DNA of 64,000 nucleotides from an uncultured Acidobacteriota bacterium (GTDB lineage Bacteria; Acidobacteriota; Thermoanaerobaculia; Multivoradales; DATKCC01): NCBI GenBank assembly GCA_963741925.1, contig CAVUJU010000005.1, positions 2,625,447 to 2,689,446 of the forward strand, read 5' to 3'. Shown piece by piece: positions 52,357 to 60,950 of this stretch (position 1 is its first letter; each line of letters starts with the position of its first letter). The notes under the pieces were generated by a model. It saw only the letters and a program-made list of their open reading frames with translations, ran no database searches and was not told where the DNA came from. The position numbers and the translations under genes were made by a program.

Positions 52357-52594
52357 GCGCCTCACGGTCTCGCGGCTCTACCGGCACCGGGAGGCGCGCC
52401 CCTGGCACGAGGACCGGAGCTGGACGGTGCCGAAGCCGGTGCCCTTCGTCCGGCTCTCGGGCCGGTGGCTCCGGGAGCTGGGCTTCCGGGTGGGCGAGCG
52501 CATCGAGGTGGAGGCCACGCCGGGCCGCCTGGTGCTCCGGGCGGCGCCGGCCGGCGAGGTGGCCGAGGCGGTCGAGCTGGAGCCGGAGGTTTGA
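52349..52594 (+). CDS. SymE-like (AbrB/SpoVT-fold) type I toxin family protein, paralogue 2
   Basis: PKPVPFVRLSGRWLRELGFRVGERIEVEATPGRLVLRA. Start overlaps the paralogue-1 stop by 8 nt. Confidence 0.65.
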   Translation: MRKRLTVSRLYRHREARPWHEDRSWTVPKPVPFVRLSGRWLRELGFRVGERIEVEATPGRLVLRAAPAGEVAEAVELEPEV

Positions 52595-52598
52595 GGCG

Positions 52599-55259
52599 AT
52601 GGCCCGGGTGCCCCAGGCGGAGCTCGAACGGCTGAAGCGGGAGGTCTCGGTGGTGCGCCTGGCCGAGGCGCGGGGCGTCGAGCTCCGGCGCCACGGCCAG
52701 GACCTCCTGGGCCTGTGCCCCTTTCACGACGACAAGGAGCCGTCGCTCGTCATCAGCCCTCAGAAGAACCTCTGGCACTGCCTGGGGGCCTGCGGCGAGG
52801 GCGGCTCGGTGATCGACTGGGTGATGAAGGCCGAGGGCGTCAGCTTCCGCCACGCGGTCGAGCTGCTCCGCGAGGACCTGCCGGCGTCCTCCGCGCCGGA
52901 CACGCCGGCGGTCCAACGCTCGACGGTCCAGAAGCTCCCATCGGCGCTCGACCTCGACGCCGGCGACCAGGAGCTGCTCCACCAGGTGGTGGGCTACTAC
53001 CACGAGACCCTGAAGGGCTCGAAGAAGGCGATGCAGTACCTCGTCTCCCGGGGGATCGGCCACCCCGAGGCGATCGAGCGCTTCCGGCTGGGCTACGCCG
53101 ACCGGACGATCGGCTACCGACTACCGAACAAGCAGCGCAAGGCCGGCGCCGAGATCCGGGGCCGGCTCGCCGAGCTGGGGATCTTGCGCGAGAGCGGCCA
53201 CGAGCACTTCAACGGCTCGGTCGTGATCCCGGTCTTCGACGAGTCGGGCCGGGTGATGGAGATCTACGGCCGGAAGATCACCCGGGCGCTCAAGAAGCGG
53301 GTGCCGCGCCACCTCTACCTGCCCGGCCCGCATCGGGGCGTCTGGAACTGGCAGGCGCTCGAGGAGTCCAAGGAGGTCATCCTCACCGAGTCGCTGATCG
53401 ACGCCCTGACCTTCTGGTGCGCGGGCTTTCAGAACGTCACGGCCGCCTACGGGGTCAACGGTCTGACCGAGGACCACCTGGCGGCCTTCCGGCGCCACGG
53501 CACCGAGCGGGTGCTCCTGGCCTTCGACCGGGACGACGCCGGCGAGCGCGCCACCGCCAAGGCGGCCGGGCGCCTGGCCGGCGAGGGGATCGCCTGCTTC
53601 CGCGTCCACTTCCCCCGCGGCATGGACGCCAACGAGTACGCCTTGAAGGTCGAGCCAGCGCGGAAGAGCCTCGGCCTCGTGCTCCGCAACGCCGTCTACC
53701 TGGGCGAGGGTCCCGAACCGAGTCGATCGCCGGCGGCCAAGCCGCCCAGGCCGGCGCCGGCACCGCCGGAGGCCTCCGCGCCACCGGCACAGCGAGCGGC
53801 GAAAGAAGAGAAGACAGCCCAGGCGCCGGCGCCTGAGTCCGTCCAGGAGCCGCCCCCGTCTCCTCCCTTAGCCGCCGGGCGGGGGCCGCTCCAGGGGCCC
53901 GAGCCGAGCACGGCCTCACCGCAGGCAGGCCCGCCCTCGGCGCCCGCCGTGCCCAAGGCGCCGGCCTCGGCGCCGTCCCGGATCAAACCGCCGGAGATCC
54001 CGGCCGAGGTGAGCCCGGAGGAGGTGGTGATCCGCCTGGGGGACCGGCGCTACCGGATCCGGGGCCTGGCGAAGAACATGGCCTACGACGTCCTGCGGGT
54101 GAACGTCCTCGCGAGCCGGACGGAGGCCGGCTTCCACGTGGACACGCTGGACCTCTACTCGGCCCGCCAGCGGGTGGCCTTCCTCCACCAGGCGGCCGAG
54201 GAGCTCCACGTCACCGAGGACGTCGTGAAGCAGGACCTGGGGCGAGTGCTCTTGAAGCTCGAGGAGCTTCAGGAAGAGCAGATCCGCCGCGCGCTCGAGC
54301 CCGAGGCGGCGCCGGTCGCGCTCTCGGCCGAGGAGCGGGCCGAGGCCCTCGATCTCCTCGAGGACCCTCGGCTCCTGGAGCGGATCCTCGAGGACTTCGC
54401 CCGCTGCGGGGTCGTGGGCGAGGAGACGAACAAGCTCGTCGGCTACCTCGCCGCCGTCAGCCGGAAGCTCGACGATCCGCTCGCCGTGATCCTCCAGTCG
54501 AGCTCGGCCGCGGGCAAGTCCTCCCTGATGGACGCGATCCTGGATCTCGTGCCCAAGGAGGAGCGGGTCGCCTACTCGGCGATGACCGGCCAGAGCCTCT
54601 TCTACATGGGCGAGACGGACCTCGCCCACAAGATCCTCGCGGTCGCCGAGGAGGAGGGCGCCGAGCGGGCCTCCTACGCCTTGAAGCTCCTCCAGTCCGA
54701 AGGCGAGCTCACCATCGCCTCGACGGGCAAGGACCCGCAGACCGGCCGGCTCGTGACCCACGAGTACCGGGTCGAGGGGCCGGTGGCGATCTTTCTCACG
54801 ACGACCGCCATCGACGTCGACGAGGAGCTCCTCAACCGCTGCCTGGTCCTGACGGTCAACGAGACCCGGGAGCAGACGCGGGCGATCCACCGCCTCCAGC
54901 GGGAGCGCCGGACGCTCGAAGGCCTCCTGGCCGGCCAGGACCGGGAGACGATCGTCCGCCGGCACCGAAACGCCCAACGGCTGCTTCGGCCGCTCCCGGT
55001 GGTCAACCCCTACGCGCCGGCCCTGACTTTCCTCGACACCCGGACCCGGACCCGGCGGGACCATGCCAAGTACCTGGCCCTGATCGACGCCGTGGCGCTT
55101 CTTCACCAGCACCAGCGGAAGGTGAAGACGGTCCAGCACCGCGGTCTCACCGTGGAGTACCTCGAGGTCGAGCTGGGCGACGTCGAGCTCGCCAACCGCC
55201 TCGCCGGCGAGGTCCTGGGGCGGAGCCTCGACGAGCTGCCGCCACAGACCCGGCGGTGA
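52599..55259 (+). CDS. Phage/plasmid-type DNA primase-helicase (CHC2 zinc finger, Toprim and C-terminal P-loop NTPase domains; P4 alpha-like)
   Basis: zf-CHC2 (CPFHDDKEPSLVISPQKNLWHCLGACGEGG). Toprim (VILTESLIDALTFW; LAFDRDDAGERA). Pro/Ala-rich linker. C-terminal Walker A SSSAAGKSSLMDA with a Walker B-like AIFLTTT. Confidence 0.85.
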   Translation: MARVPQAELERLKREVSVVRLAEARGVELRRHGQDLLGLCPFHDDKEPSLVISPQKNLWHCLGACGEGGSVIDWVMKAEGVSFRHAVELLREDLPASSAPDTPAVQRSTVQKLPSALDLDAGDQELLHQVVGYYHETLKGSKKAMQYLVSRGIGHPEAIERFRLGYADRTIGYRLPNKQRKAGAEIRGRLAELGILRESGHEHFNGSVVIPVFDESGRVMEIYGRKITRALKKRVPRHLYLPGPHRGVWNWQALEESKEVILTESLIDALTFWCAGFQNVTAAYGVNGLTEDHLAAFRRHGTERVLLAFDRDDAGERATAKAAGRLAGEGIACFRVHFPRGMDANEYALKVEPARKSLGLVLRNAVYLGEGPEPSRSPAAKPPRPAPAPPEASAPPAQRAAKEEKTAQAPAPESVQEPPPSPPLAAGRGPLQGPEPSTASPQAGPPSAPAVPKAPASAPSRIKPPEIPAEVSPEEVVIRLGDRRYRIRGLAKNMAYDVLRVNVLASRTEAGFHVDTLDLYSARQRVAFLHQAAEELHVTEDVVKQDLGRVLLKLEELQEEQIRRALEPEAAPVALSAEERAEALDLLEDPRLLERILEDFARCGVVGEETNKLVGYLAAVSRKLDDPLAVILQSSSAAGKSSLMDAILDLVPKEERVAYSAMTGQSLFYMGETDLAHKILAVAEEEGAERASYALKLLQSEGELTIASTGKDPQTGRLVTHEYRVEGPVAIFLTTTAIDVDEELLNRCLVLTVNETREQTRAIHRLQRERRTLEGLLAGQDRETIVRRHRNAQRLLRPLPVVNPYAPALTFLDTRTRTRRDHAKYLALIDAVALLHQHQRKVKTVQHRGLTVEYLEVELGDVELANRLAGEVLGRSLDELPPQTRR

Positions 55260-55264
55260 GAGGC

Positions 55265-55310
55265 GTCACGGTAAATGATGGCACCTTGATCACGGTAACC
55301 GATGGCAAGT
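55265..55310 (+). repeat. Two 17-bp direct repeats (cacggtaaatgatggca / cacggtaaccgatggca) immediately downstream of the primase gene, iteron-like
   Basis: Read directly. Located in a locally AT-richer ~270-bp segment (55260-55530). Confidence 0.4.
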
Positions 55311-55529
55311 TGTCGCTTGCGCCGCGCCTTCGGCGCGGGACGATGACGGCTCTGAGTACTTTCGACACGCACCAGCAAGAACGATGCCAAGCTGCCAAAG
55401 GGTAACATGCTGGTGTGGCTAAGGTTAGAGCTGATCACGATCGTCGATGGGTCTTCGGGCCTTTGCGTCGTCATTCGTGATCAGTTCGGCCAGGTTACCC
55501 AGCAATTATTGTGCTCACGCTCACGCTAC

Positions 55530-56225
55530 ACGACGAACGCCGCCTCCGGCGACACCCCCGTCCTCGACCTCGTGAACCTCGCCGTCAGCGGCACCCGCGA
55601 TTACACCTGGGACGCCGCCGGCAACCTCGACTCCGTGGCCCCCGGTGGGAACCTCGTCGACTTCACCTTCGACGACGCGAGCCGCTTGTCTGCCGCCGAT
55701 CACCCGGCTTCGGGAGCGAGCGCCGCCTTCCTCTACGACGGCCGCGGCTTTCTCCGGAGCGCCACCCAGACCGCCGGCGGCACCGCCTCCGTCACCCCGC
55801 TCTACGACTCCGGCGGCCTCCTCCACGCCCTCCGCCACCAGCCCAGCCCCACGGACCCGGTGGACACGACCTACCTCTTCTACCTCGCCGGCAGCCCCGT
55901 CGCCCAGCTCGCAATCGACGGCACCGGAACCGAGACATTCACCTACTTGAGGACCGATCACCTGGGAACGCCGCTCGTTGCCACGGACCAGACCGGGGCG
56001 ATCACCTGGGAAGGGGGATTCCAGCCCTTCGGAACCGACTACCAGGCCGGCACGATGGCTGGTGCCTCGGAAAATGGGATCGACCTCCGGCTGCCCGGCC
56101 AGTGGGAAAACCCCACCTGGGCGGATGCGACCTCTGGTGCTGGGGTCTACTACAACGTCTGGCGGTGGTACGCACCTGACGATGGCCGCTACACGAGACC
56201 GGACCCTCTGTCTCCCGATAAGCCA
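55530..56225 (+). pseudogene. Orphan rhs fragment (diverged duplicate of the main Rhs residues ~910-1150), truncated after PDPLS
   Basis: TNAASGDTPVLDLVNLAVSGTRDYTWDAAGNLD...RWYAPDDGRYTRPDPLS is ~85% identical to the main Rhs segment from 49836. No upstream YD repeats. It ends where the IS66-derived sequence begins. Confidence 0.7.
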
Positions 56226-56590
56226 AGGGCGGGGATCTTGCCGTAGGAGAGTCCGCCTCCCTTCTGCAGGGACGCCGCCAGCCCCACGACCCTCGGGCCG
56301 AGATGGACCTGCCCCACGTGGACCGCATTGGAGACCTGGCGGGGGTGGCGCCCCTGGAGCCGGCGGCCACAGTCCTCGCACACCACCCAGTGGAGCACGA
56401 ACTCGATCGTGTGGGGCCGCACCGGAGGCAGATCCACCTGATACTGCCGGTCCGTGCTCTCCAGCCTCACCCGGCCGTGGCAGTCAGGGCAGTAGACCGG
56501 GCATCCCACCTCGATCGTCTCGTCGATCTGCTCGGGAATCTCCCGGACCGCGTGGCGGCCATACTCCGAGCCCACCTTCAGCCGATCGTG
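56225..56590 (-). pseudogene. Relic of an IS66-family transposase (N-terminal zinc-finger/LZ region only)
   Basis: VGCPVYCPDCHGRVRLESTDRQYQVDLPPVRPHTIEFVLHWVVCEDCGRRLQG...LGPRVVGLAASLQKGGGLSYGKIP resembles the IS66 TnpC N-terminal zinc-finger region. No DDE domain; truncated on both sides. Confidence 0.55.
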
Positions 56591-58305
56591 GCCACCGTGT
56601 GGCGTGGAGGCGCCAGCGCCCGGTCGTCGGCCAGGGCCGCGGACTCGTCGCGCTCCACCCGGGACAGCAAGTCCACGCCATGGGCGGCGAGGCGCCGGGC
56701 GGCGGCCCGCGCCCGGGCGTCCTCCTCGTGCTCCAGCGACCACTGGGCGTGGCGCGCCAGGAGCGCCAGCTCGACCGAGCGGCCGAGGGTGAGGGCGAAC
56801 CGGCGGGCGCCCGCCTCGGCGTCCGCGCGCCCCGCCTCGAGGATCCGGGCGAGCCACGAGCCGGCGGCCGCGAGGGTCCGCGCGGCAAGCTGGCCCACCG
56901 CCACCAGGCCCGGCTCATCGAGCCCCGCCACCGCGGCCTCGACCTCGGAGCGCACCGCCTCGAACCCTCCTTCGGTGCGCAGCGCCCGCAAGGTGTCGAG
57001 CGACAGCACGTTGCTCGTGCCCTCCCAGATCGGCAGCACCTGGGCGTCCCTGAAAAGCACCGGCAGGCCCGTGTCCTCGAGGTACCCGGCGCCGCCGAAC
57101 GCCTCCAGGACCTCGCTCATCACGGCCACCGCCTGGCGCGCGGTGGTGAGCTTCGCGACCGGCGTGAGGACCCGCAGCAGCAGGTCCTCGCCGGCGGCGA
57201 GCTTCCCCGCCTCCTCGCGCCCCAGGAGCTCCACCACCCGGAAGGTCAGGTGGAAGGCGCCTTCGAGCTCGGCCTGGAGGCCGGCCAGGGTGTCGGCGTG
57301 GAGGGGCTGCTCGGCGAGCGGCGCGCCGAAGGCGACCCGGCGGCGGGCGTAGTCCCGGGCGAGGGCCAGGCCCCGGCGCATGAACGAGACGGCCGAGACG
57401 GCGTTCCACAGCCGGGTGATATTGAGCATCGGGGTGATCGCGCGCACCCCACCGTCGAAGCCGCAGACCGGCACCGCCGGTGTCCCCTCGAGGAAGAGCT
57501 CGGCGGTGGGGAGCTTGCGGGTGCCGAGCTTGTCCTTGAGCCGCTCGATCCGCAGGGCCGCCAGGCGCCCGCCGGCGTCCCGGGTCTCGAGGTAGAAGAG
57601 GGCGAGACCCTTGCCGCCGGGGCCGTTGCCCTCCGGCCGGGCGAGGGTCAGGGCCATCTCGGAGCTCGCCGCCGAGGTGAACCACTTGCGGCCGTAGAGG
57701 CGCCAGGGCTCGCCGGGGGCCGCGGGCGGCCGGGCGACGGTCGTCGAGCGGCCCACGTCGGAGCCGCCGGAGGTTTCGGTCATCCACTGGCCCGAGGTCC
57801 AGAAGCGCGCGGGGTCCCGGCTGGTCAGGTGCGGGAGCGCCCGCTCCAGGAGCTCGGCGTTGTGCCACACGGAGAGGGTCTTGGCCGCGCCGTCGGTCAT
57901 CGCCAACGGACAGGTGTAGACGTCGGTCGAGGGGTGGAAGAGGTGGACCAGCGCGAGCTGGTGCACTCGCGACCAGGCGCCGTGGCGCCGTTCGTAGGCG
58001 GCGGCCACCAGGCCCTTGCGGGCCGCGATCTCGGCGGCGCGGCGCCAGAGCGGGGTGAGCTCGATCTCGTCGCTCCGCGCTCCCCAGCCGGTCCAGCGCG
58101 TCAGGCGGGGCTCGTTCTCCCGGTCCGCGAGCTGCAGGCGATAGAGCTCGCCGCCGGCGAGATCGCCCATCTCCTCGAGCTCGGGCTCGATCTCGGAGAG
58201 CACGTCGGCCGGCAGCGCCCGGGCGAGGTAGGAGCGCAGCACCCGGTCCTGCCGGTACTGGTTGCCGAGCTCCGGCGGAGCTTGAACGAAGTCCTGGAAG
58301 TCCAT
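56578..58305 (-). CDS. Acyl-CoA dehydrogenase family protein (AidB-like)
   Basis: 575 aa with the ACAD N-terminal, middle beta and C-terminal helical domains (GGSDVGRSTTVA; EAFGGAGYLEDTGLPVLFRDAQVLPIWEGTSNV). Confidence 0.85.
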   Translation of the reverse strand: MDFQDFVQAPPELGNQYRQDRVLRSYLARALPADVLSEIEPELEEMGDLAGGELYRLQLADRENEPRLTRWTGWGARSDEIELTPLWRRAAEIAARKGLVAAAYERRHGAWSRVHQLALVHLFHPSTDVYTCPLAMTDGAAKTLSVWHNAELLERALPHLTSRDPARFWTSGQWMTETSGGSDVGRSTTVARPPAAPGEPWRLYGRKWFTSAASSEMALTLARPEGNGPGGKGLALFYLETRDAGGRLAALRIERLKDKLGTRKLPTAELFLEGTPAVPVCGFDGGVRAITPMLNITRLWNAVSAVSFMRRGLALARDYARRRVAFGAPLAEQPLHADTLAGLQAELEGAFHLTFRVVELLGREEAGKLAAGEDLLLRVLTPVAKLTTARQAVAVMSEVLEAFGGAGYLEDTGLPVLFRDAQVLPIWEGTSNVLSLDTLRALRTEGGFEAVRSEVEAAVAGLDEPGLVAVGQLAARTLAAAGSWLARILEAGRADAEAGARRFALTLGRSVELALLARHAQWSLEHEEDARARAAARRLAAHGVDLLSRVERDESAALADDRALAPPRHTVATIG

Positions 58306-58324
58306 TGAGACATCCTACTCGTAG

Positions 58325-58410
58325 CGCAGGGCGTCCGGATCTCCCCCCAACCCCTCGCTCCCCTTCCCGCCCTCCGGGGGGAAGGGGACGCCGCCACCCA
58401 GCGGGTCTCG
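58325..58410. repeat. Repeat family A hairpin singleton (cccctcgctccccttcccgccctccggggggaaggggacg)
   Basis: Matches the 64-bp unit of the 21386-22153 arrays. Confidence 0.5.
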
Positions 58411-58428
58411 GGCGGTGGTCGTGGGTCT

Positions 58429-59664
58429 TTACTCGTAGCGCAGGGCGTCGATGGGGTCGAGGGCTGCGGCGCGCTGGGCCGGGTAGATCCCCGAGGCGAG
58501 GCCCACCGCCACCGCCACCCCGGTGGCGAGGAGCACCGCGCTCGGGGTGACCACCGTGTCCCAGCCGGCCCAGGCCGCCACGCCCCAGGCGATCCCCACC
58601 CCCGCCACGATGCCCGCCGCTCCGCCCAGCAGGCTGATGGCGAACGACTCGACCACGAACTGGAAGCGGATGTCGCGCTGGCGGGCGCCCACCGCTCTCC
58701 GCACCCCGATCTCCCGGGTGCGCTCGAGCACCGTCGCCAGCATGATGTTCATGATGCCGATGCCGCCCACCAGGAGCGAGATGCCGGCGATGGCGCCCAT
58801 CACCAGGTTGAAGAGGCGCTGGGTGCGGCGGCTCTGGGCGAGGAGCGCCTCGGGCACCACCAGCTCGTAGTCGCGCTCGCCGGCGTGAAGCCGGCCGAGG
58901 AGCCCGTCGATCACCCGCGCCGCGCTGCGCGGCTCGACCCCCGGGGCCAGGCGCACCACGATCTCGTCGAGGGGCGCCGCCAGGGGGTCGTGGTCGAAGA
59001 GCCGCCGGGCGGTCGTCACCGGCACCAGGATCTCGTCCGCCGTGCCGCCCACCGCCACGCCCTGAACGCTCGCGGCGTCGCCGGGGCCCGCGGCGAGGAC
59101 GCCGACCACCCGCAGCCAGACGTCGTTGACCTTGAGCACCTGGCCCAGCGCCGGGCCGAAGCCGAAGAGGTCGCGCCGCACCCGCTCTCCGATCACGGCG
59201 ACCTGGGCGTGGCCGGCCTCGTCCGCCGGGTCGAGGAAGCGGCCCTCGGCGAGCTCGAGCTGCATCAAGGCGTCCTGGCGATGGGAGACGCCGTAGACCT
59301 TGGCGTCGGTCTTGCCGCCGGGCGCCAGGATCTTGTACGCCTTCACCTCGATCCGGGGCGCCACCGCCTCGACGCCGGGCACCGCCTGCTCGATGGCGTC
59401 GGCGTCGCGCGGAGAGACGCCGAGGGACTTCTGGCGCACCTCGCTCAGGCGGTCGTGGTCGAGATCGGCGGCGCGCACCAGGACGTTGTGCAGCCCGAGG
59501 CGCTCGATCATCGCCAGCGCGCGCCGCTCGGCGCCGGCCCCGATCGACAGCATGGCGATCACCGAGCCGACGCCGAAGATCATGCCCAGCATGGTGAGCG
59601 CCGAGCGCAGCTTGTGGCCGCCCAGGTGCTCGAGGGCGCTCGCCACGGCTTCGCGCGGGCTCAT
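58429..59664 (-). CDS. ABC transporter permease, FtsX/MacB-LolE family (no fused ATPase)
   Basis: TM1 (LTMLGMIFGVGSVIAMLSIG), periplasmic MacB_PCD-like domain, then three C-terminal TM segments of the FtsX fold. Confidence 0.85.
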   Translation of the reverse strand: MSPREAVASALEHLGGHKLRSALTMLGMIFGVGSVIAMLSIGAGAERRALAMIERLGLHNVLVRAADLDHDRLSEVRQKSLGVSPRDADAIEQAVPGVEAVAPRIEVKAYKILAPGGKTDAKVYGVSHRQDALMQLELAEGRFLDPADEAGHAQVAVIGERVRRDLFGFGPALGQVLKVNDVWLRVVGVLAAGPGDAASVQGVAVGGTADEILVPVTTARRLFDHDPLAAPLDEIVVRLAPGVEPRSAARVIDGLLGRLHAGERDYELVVPEALLAQSRRTQRLFNLVMGAIAGISLLVGGIGIMNIMLATVLERTREIGVRRAVGARQRDIRFQFVVESFAISLLGGAAGIVAGVGIAWGVAAWAGWDTVVTPSAVLLATGVAVAVGLASGIYPAQRAAALDPIDALRYE

Positions 59665-60950
59665 GGCGCCCCCCCGCCCGGCGTGCCGGGAGAGGCGCCG
59701 GCGCTCGGCGATGCGGGCCGCGCCGGCGCCGTGGGGTCTTCGAGGGCGATCTCGTCGCCGGCCGAGAGGCCGCCGGAGACCACCACCCGACCCCGCCCGG
59801 TGGCGCCGGTCTCGATGGCGACCGGCTCGAAGCCCTTGCCGGTCCGGCGGTAGACCACGGGCTGCCCCGCCCGCTCGAAGACCGCCTGCCGCGGCACGGT
59901 GAGGACGCCGTGGAGGTCGTCGAGGAGGATCTCGGCCCGTACCCGCTGCCCCGCCTTCATGAGCTTCGAATCGCTCGTCTCGAGCTTCAGGACCACCGCG
60001 AAGTACTGGACCGGCGAGCCCCGGTGGCGGGGCTTGGCCACCTTGTCGACCTGCCGGATCGTCGCCCGGTAGACCCTCCCGGGGTGGGCCTCGAGGTCGA
60101 CCCGCGCCGCCTTGCCCTCGACCAGGCCGCCGGCGTCGGCCTCGAGCACGAAGGCCTCCACCTCCATCTCCCCGAGGCGCGGGATCTCGGCCAGCTCCTG
60201 GCCCGGGTAGACCGTGTCGCCCACCCGCGGCGGGTCGCCCCGCCAGTCCCGCTGGTAGACCAGGTAGCCGTCGTGGGGCGCCCGGACCGCCAGGGAGTCG
60301 GCGATCCGCCGGGCGCGCTCGAGGTCGGTCTCGATGTCCCGGCGCTCGAGCGCCAGGAGCTGGCGGTCCGCGTCCGCCGTCGCCTCTTCGCGCCGGCGGG
60401 CCGTGCGGGCGCTGGCGAGCTCCTCGGCCGCCAGGTCCTGGTCGATCTGCGACTCGATGATCTCGACCCGGGAGAAGATCGTCGTGTCCTTGCTCGCGAA
60501 CTCCCGGGCGTGGCGGAGCTCCTCGCCGGCGATCTCGGCGTCGCGGTCGAGGTTCCCGAGCCGGCTTTCGGCTTCGGCGCGCTGCTTGCCGAGCTTCAGC
60601 CCGTTGCTCTCGAGGTCGGCCCGGCGGTCAACCAGCGTGCGCTCGACGTCGGTGGGGTCGAACTTCAACGCCACGTCGCCCGGGGCGAGGAGAGTCCCCT
60701 CGGGGGCGATCCAGGCGAGGCGCAGCGGCGCCTGGACCAGGCGGGGCACGGCGATGGCGGTCGACTCCACCGCCCGGAGGACACCGTCGGCGCTCACCCA
60801 GCGCGCGAAGTCCCCGCGCTCCACCGGCGTCGTCGCCACGGCGTCGCCGCGGCCGAAAGGCGCCAGGGCGCCGAGGCCGATCAGGGCCGCCAGAGCGACC
60901 CCGGCGAGGAGCGCGGCGCCCCAGCCGGCGCGGGCGAGACGACGGCTCAC
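59661..60950 (-). CDS. HlyD/MFP-family periplasmic adaptor protein (1 of 3 tandem paralogues)
   Basis: N-terminal TM anchor, coiled-coil hairpin, lipoyl/beta-barrel regions (RAPHDGYLVY...VGDTVYPGQELAEIP). Confidence 0.8.
   Translation of the reverse strand: MSRRLARAGWGAALLAGVALAALIGLGALAPFGRGDAVATTPVERGDFARWVSADGVLRAVESTAIAVPRLVQAPLRLAWIAPEGTLLAPGDVALKFDPTDVERTLVDRRADLESNGLKLGKQRAEAESRLGNLDRDAEIAGEELRHAREFASKDTTIFSRVEIIESQIDQDLAAEELASARTARRREEATADADRQLLALERRDIETDLERARRIADSLAVRAPHDGYLVYQRDWRGDPPRVGDTVYPGQELAEIPRLGEMEVEAFVLEADAGGLVEGKAARVDLEAHPGRVYRATIRQVDKVAKPRHRGSPVQYFAVVLKLETSDSKLMKAGQRVRAEILLDDLHGVLTVPRQAVFERAGQPVVYRRTGKGFEPVAIETGATGRGRVVVSGGLSAGDEIALEDPTAPARPASPSAGASPGTPGGGAP

Noticed and set aside
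55103-55474. 123-aa minus-strand ORF in the AT-richer segment after the primase gene
   Set aside because: Half of it overlaps the primase C-terminus antisense. The unique part (~70 aa) has no features, and the segment looks like a cis-acting iteron region.
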